From an uncultured virus (IMG/VR IMGVR_UViG_3300040957_000063) (Duplodnaviria; Heunggongvirae; Uroviricota; Caudoviricetes), in IMG/VR virus record IMGVR_UViG_3300040957_000063: a stretch of 64,000 bases of DNA. The stretch is one strand, 5' to 3'. Within the stretch, counting starts at the first letter, position 1. Each line of letters starts with the position of its first letter. The notes beneath the pieces are model-generated. The model saw nothing but the letters and a program-made list of their open reading frames with translations. It made no database searches and was not told where the DNA came from. The translations under genes and the position numbers were made by a program. This document shows positions 60,153 through 64,000 of the stretch, piece by piece.

Positions 60153-60377
60153 ATGGCAGAATCCCCAAAGGTGTCAGCACCAGAAGTAAGTCATTACGAC
60201 ATCGATTATATAAATCGTAGATTGGATAAAATAGAAAAGAAAATGAAAATAATTGTTTCACTCTTAGCCGAGAAGAAACTTATTGGACCCACTTTACAAA
60301 AGGCAATAGAAGAGTCACAATCAGTAGATATAGACAAACTGATTGATTGGCTAATGGAACAAGTTCAAAACTCATAG
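60153..60377 (+). CDS. small head-module protein
   Basis: GGTGA RBS; IDKLIDWLME motif. Confidence 0.55.
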   Translation: MAESPKVSAPEVSHYDIDYINRRLDKIEKKMKIIVSLLAEKKLIGPTLQKAIEESQSVDIDKLIDWLMEQVQNS

Positions 60378-60387
60378 TGACCATATA

Positions 60388-60762
60388 ATGCCAATTGATG
60401 TAACAGCAAACTATGTTAGGATTCGGGTAGCAAATCCGAGTCAATTCATCAAAATGAGAGTGAAGACTCTCGGTAAAGGAATTAAGGGCATTGTAGGGTT
60501 CAAGAAAGGTGGCGGTTCTGAAATTCAAAGTTTTCTGTTTCCAAGAAAGCAATATACTTTAGCTCAAGCTAAAGCGTGGATAAAAAGCCACGACTATCAC
60601 GTTAGCGAATCATTTCTGGTAAATGACATCAACGTTGGAGTCGATTATATTGACTTCGAAGAAACTTTGATTACACCAGAGATAGAAAACGAACTTCTTA
60701 AAACAGAAAAAATAGACGTTTCAACAATACCAATATCAACTTGGGAGTGGATGTTTGAATGA
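60388..60762 (+). CDS. head-module protein, prohead-protease associated
   Basis: RIR..NP..F...GI..I.G..IQS..F...AKAW..H. Confidence 0.6.
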   Translation: MPIDVTANYVRIRVANPSQFIKMRVKTLGKGIKGIVGFKKGGGSEIQSFLFPRKQYTLAQAKAWIKSHDYHVSESFLVNDINVGVDYIDFEETLITPEIENELLKTEKIDVSTIPISTWEWMFE

Positions 60763-61412
60763 GTACAACGATTGAAGAATCTATGAAATTTGAATTTGAA
60801 TTTACTTCTCCATTTGAAGTAGAAATAGAAGAAAGCACAATAGGTGTAGCTATGATTACAGGTACACTTCTTGCTGAAGGTCTTTCTAACAATGATAATC
60901 TCTATACCATCGATGAGATGGAAGAAATAGCTGAAACAGCTAAAGGTGCTCCAATTTTCTATGGAACAACAACAAAGATAAACCCAAACACAGGAAGATT
61001 AACTGCCAACATGCATCGAAACTTTCAAGGATTTCAAGTAGGAGAAATTACTGAAACTTGGCTCGATAAAGTAGCAAGAAAAATTAAGTTCCGAGCTAAT
61101 CTCATAGATAATCCAAACTTTCCTAATTTGATTAGTGAAGTTAAGAAAGGTTGGGGAGTTAGCATCGGCGGAAGAGGATTATGCCAGAAATTTGTTGATG
61201 CGGCTGGACGAGTTATCAAAAAAATCTTCGGTATGCACATAAACCACGTTCAATTGCTTTCTCCGAATACCCCAAGAGGACAAGAAGAAGCTCAAGTGGA
61301 AGGTACAAACCAAATTGAAGAAAGTTTCTCGTGGGTAGTTGACGAAGAACCAACCGAAAGGATTACAGAAGTTCACATCGGAAAAGGAATAAAAAGCGTA
61401 ACAATTTCATAA
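60759..61412 (+). CDS. prohead protease (HK97/assemblin-like)
   Basis: G..L.EG.SNN.N.Y; H..VG.I; GVSIGG catalytic Ser context. Confidence 0.75.
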   Translation: MSTTIEESMKFEFEFTSPFEVEIEESTIGVAMITGTLLAEGLSNNDNLYTIDEMEEIAETAKGAPIFYGTTTKINPNTGRLTANMHRNFQGFQVGEITETWLDKVARKIKFRANLIDNPNFPNLISEVKKGWGVSIGGRGLCQKFVDAAGRVIKKIFGMHINHVQLLSPNTPRGQEEAQVEGTNQIEESFSWVVDEEPTERITEVHIGKGIKSVTIS

Positions 61413-61429
61413 GGGGGTGAATGTAAAAA

Positions 61430-61843
61430 ATGAGCTATGGTGTAGATGAAGAAGTTAACCAATCCGTGAAGGGTGGAAAGAAAGTTGACGTAATGGCTAT
61501 CGATGCGGCTGAAAAAGCTAAAATCGGTATGGGCAAATTCATTGACAACCCAGAAAACGCAAGACGTTTAGCTGGTACTGCAAGCAAAGACGAAATGATT
61601 AGTTCAGAAAGCATCGCGGGTCCTCAAGACAAAGAAGTTCCGCCAATGGGTTCGCAAGTAGTTAGCGGTCCATTAGATGGAATGTCCAAAGCGGTTCCTC
61701 AGCAATGGGACCAAGTTGGAAAATCAGAAAGCATAGAGAACCAAGCTATAGTTGCAAAGTTCGATGGTACAATGAAAGCTAAAGGCATTCCAAGCGCAAC
61801 AGGCGTTCCTCAACAGACTGACGAAGGCAAAGACGGCGTTTAA
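61430..61843 (+). CDS. low-complexity head-module protein
   Basis: GGTGA RBS; SESI and VPQQ each repeated. Confidence 0.55.
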   Translation: MSYGVDEEVNQSVKGGKKVDVMAIDAAEKAKIGMGKFIDNPENARRLAGTASKDEMISSESIAGPQDKEVPPMGSQVVSGPLDGMSKAVPQQWDQVGKSESIENQAIVAKFDGTMKAKGIPSATGVPQQTDEGKDGV

Positions 61844-62214
61844 GCAAAAAACCACTCTATAAATTTCTCTTTTATATTTTGTTTCATTTTCCAGTTTTGA
61901 AATGCATTTAGGCAAGGAATACATAGAGTAACTATGTTGTTAGAGGCTGTGTTATTTACATTACCGTCTATATGGTAGAATCCTAATCTTTCTTCTGAAC
62001 CACATTTTTCACATTTTTTCATTAGTGTAAACGCTTCTCTATTTCCAATCCACTCTTCAAAATGTTGGAATTGAGCGGCTTTTGTTCTTTGAAATAAACC
62101 TTCCATTAATACTTCTCGGATAACTCTTGATGGCTTTTTGTTTACGTGAACGGCGTATTGTTCTATTAATTCATCTAAGGTGTCGCCCAGACGAACTGAC
62201 CTATTTTTGTTCAT
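61840..62214 (-). CDS. ribbon-helix-helix plus HNH-like protein, candidate regulator
   Basis: RSVRL...S.VIRE.L RHH; CEKCG..HIDGN..N....N..TLC..C; palindrome at its own start. Confidence 0.65.
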   Translation of the reverse strand: MNKNRSVRLGDTLDELIEQYAVHVNKKPSRVIREVLMEGLFQRTKAAQFQHFEEWIGNREAFTLMKKCEKCGSEERLGFYHIDGNVNNTASNNIVTLCIPCLNAFQNWKMKQNIKEKFIEWFFA

Positions 62215-62351
62215 TTTTAATCATCTGATTAACTATAACTACGGTCTCCTATTTAAATCTTTCGTATTACATTATCAAAAATTGTAATACAACCGCCATA
62301 AGATTTATATAGTAGTATGGTGTACTATTACCTAAACAAGGAGACATTAAA

Positions 62352-63275
62352 ATGTCACAAAACCCAGAAAATAAACCCAACCCTACGGAACAACCGAAGG
62401 AAAAAGAAATAAAGATTACTGTTGACAATGAACAGACAAAGATTCTTGCAGAACAACTCGCTAAAGCCGAAGCCGCAAAGAAAGAAATGGAAGAGAAACT
62501 ATCAAAGTTCGAAGCAGACGCAAAAATACAAGCTGAAGCCTCAAAGAAAGCACAAGAAGATGCCGAGGATTTACGTAACAAGCTCGGAATTATTGCTGAG
62601 AAAGAGTTAGAAAAGAAACGGAAAGCTGTTTCTGAAAAAGCTAATGTTCTTTTGAAAGACCCCGAACGTGTTAAAGAAATCACAGATAAATTGAGTACCC
62701 CTGACGGCATCGCCGCAATGGAGTACACAATGAACGTTCTCGAAAAGCAAATGAAGGTCGGCGAAGAGCAATTCAAACAATATCAAGAGGCAGAGCGCAA
62801 GAAAGCCGAAGATGCCGCTAAACTTACTGAAGAGCAAAAGAAAGCCGCTGACGAAGCCGCTAAGGTTGCCGCTCAAGCCGCCGCCGAAGCCGCAAAAACA
62901 GGCAAACCAGTACCAAAGCAAGAAACACCAGCGGGTTCAGCCCCATTAAATAATGCTCAGATGGGTAACCCAGCACCAACAGACTTAATGCATCAAAAGT
63001 TCGGAAGCTATGCCGCTATGGTTAGCTACCTACACGAGGTAGAGAATGGTCCAGACAAAGAAAAAGCCGCTGAAGCTAAAACTGCATTAAATGAACTTAT
63101 ACGAAAATGGGCAACATTGGTTAAACAATCTCACGATGCAATGACGAGCACAGGACCAGAAAATCTGTCAAAAGATACTCCCTCAATTCACGATATGACT
63201 TTGAGTAAACGCGCTAAAGAAGAATTAAGACGAAGAGAACAAGGTTTACCAGCACAAAGCGTGGTAACAGGATAA
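62352..63275 (+). CDS. scaffolding protein candidate
   Basis: E/K/A-rich coiled coil between protease and probable capsid gene. Confidence 0.65.
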   Translation: MSQNPENKPNPTEQPKEKEIKITVDNEQTKILAEQLAKAEAAKKEMEEKLSKFEADAKIQAEASKKAQEDAEDLRNKLGIIAEKELEKKRKAVSEKANVLLKDPERVKEITDKLSTPDGIAAMEYTMNVLEKQMKVGEEQFKQYQEAERKKAEDAAKLTEEQKKAADEAAKVAAQAAAEAAKTGKPVPKQETPAGSAPLNNAQMGNPAPTDLMHQKFGSYAAMVSYLHEVENGPDKEKAAEAKTALNELIRKWATLVKQSHDAMTSTGPENLSKDTPSIHDMTLSKRAKEELRRREQGLPAQSVVTG

Positions 63276-63292
63276 AATAAAGGTGAACAAAA

Positions 63293-63745
63293 ATGACCGA
63301 TAAAAATGAAAAATATCCTATAAGCCCAATGCACAAGCAACTGAAAGAAGCCGTTTGGTATGAGTTAGAACGAGAAGGTTCCGTCACAGGAAGAGAAGAC
63401 GGTATCTTACACCGTATGAAATGGCTATTTAAACAAAAAGATTTCCCATGCCGTAATTGCGGTGGAATAGAATCAGTTACCTTTATGGTTCTTCCAACTG
63501 GCGTTTTTCGCTCGTGCGGAATTGAAGGCTGGACAGAAAAAATACAACCTAATCCTGAAGAAGAAGTCGATATGCCACACTATGAAGCGATATTGCTCGA
63601 AGACATAGTATGCAATAACCATCAAGCAAATGAAGTCGTCAAAACTTACCATCAAGAAAGGCTTTATTTCGACCCTGTACATACACTCTTTCCGTTGTAC
63701 AGACTTCCAAGAAAAGGCGTTCAAAGCGAAGATAGCGTACAGTAA
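63293..63745 (+). CDS. hypothetical protein
   Basis: GGTGA RBS; CRNC. Confidence 0.6.
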   Translation: MTDKNEKYPISPMHKQLKEAVWYELEREGSVTGREDGILHRMKWLFKQKDFPCRNCGGIESVTFMVLPTGVFRSCGIEGWTEKIQPNPEEEVDMPHYEAILLEDIVCNNHQANEVVKTYHQERLYFDPVHTLFPLYRLPRKGVQSEDSVQ

Positions 63746-63893
63746 AATCTTTCCCCTATTTTCTTTTTTTATTTTTTGTAACAACTTTGTTATATAACAG
63801 TTTTGTTGTTAATTTAACACTTTTTGAAACAATAGATTTAAATAGGAGAGTTGCGTAATTAATCAGTAGATTAAAACAAAAGGATGAAAAATT

Positions 63894-64000
63894 ATGAACA
63901 CCGAAGAAATTTCAATTGAAGAAACTTTAACTGCCTCAACCGTTGTATCTGGATTAGGCGCATCTCCATTCTTAATCTACAGCGAAGTCTTTGAGTTGCC
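63894..64000 (+). CDS. probable major capsid protein N-terminus (runs off window)
   Basis: Strong promoter; MNTEEISIEETLTASTVVSG; follows protease and scaffold. Confidence 0.45.
   Translation, partial: MNTEEISIEETLTASTVVSGLGASPFLIYSEVFEL

Overview
A 64-kb segment of a large tailed archaeal virus (Caudoviricetes-like). The host is probably a TACK archaeon, plausibly Bathyarchaeia, judged from BRE/TATA promoters, GGTGA ribosome-binding sites, BHB-intron tRNAs, a crenarchaeal-type PolB, a long archaeal FKBP and LysW. Layout: small probably early genes and regulatory DNA (1-15 kb); about 20 tRNAs plus several unexplained structured RNAs (15.7-23.2 kb); tail tube, terminase and Cas4-like nuclease (25-29 kb); a tail module with a -1 frameshifting chaperone, a very short tape measure and two giant adhesin-like proteins (30-45 kb); PolB, class II RNR and dCMP deaminase (46-54 kb); and a head module with protease, scaffold and the probable capsid start (58-64 kb). 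About 19 HNH-type genes are scattered throughout. Best candidates for new biology: (1) two promoter-driven hairpin sRNAs whose loops are complementary to variant Shine-Dalgarno leaders (GAGGGAA, GGACGYGA) shared by the 7.6-11 kb gene block; (2) an HNH gene with its own promoter overprinted inside the still-open PolB frame, with no intein or intron signature; (3) HNH cassettes that break a tRNA gene and supply a replacement tRNA; (4) a circularly permuted metallophosphoesterase; (5) a shared targeting and cleavage motif across head-module proteins. All calls were made by eye; no searches were run.
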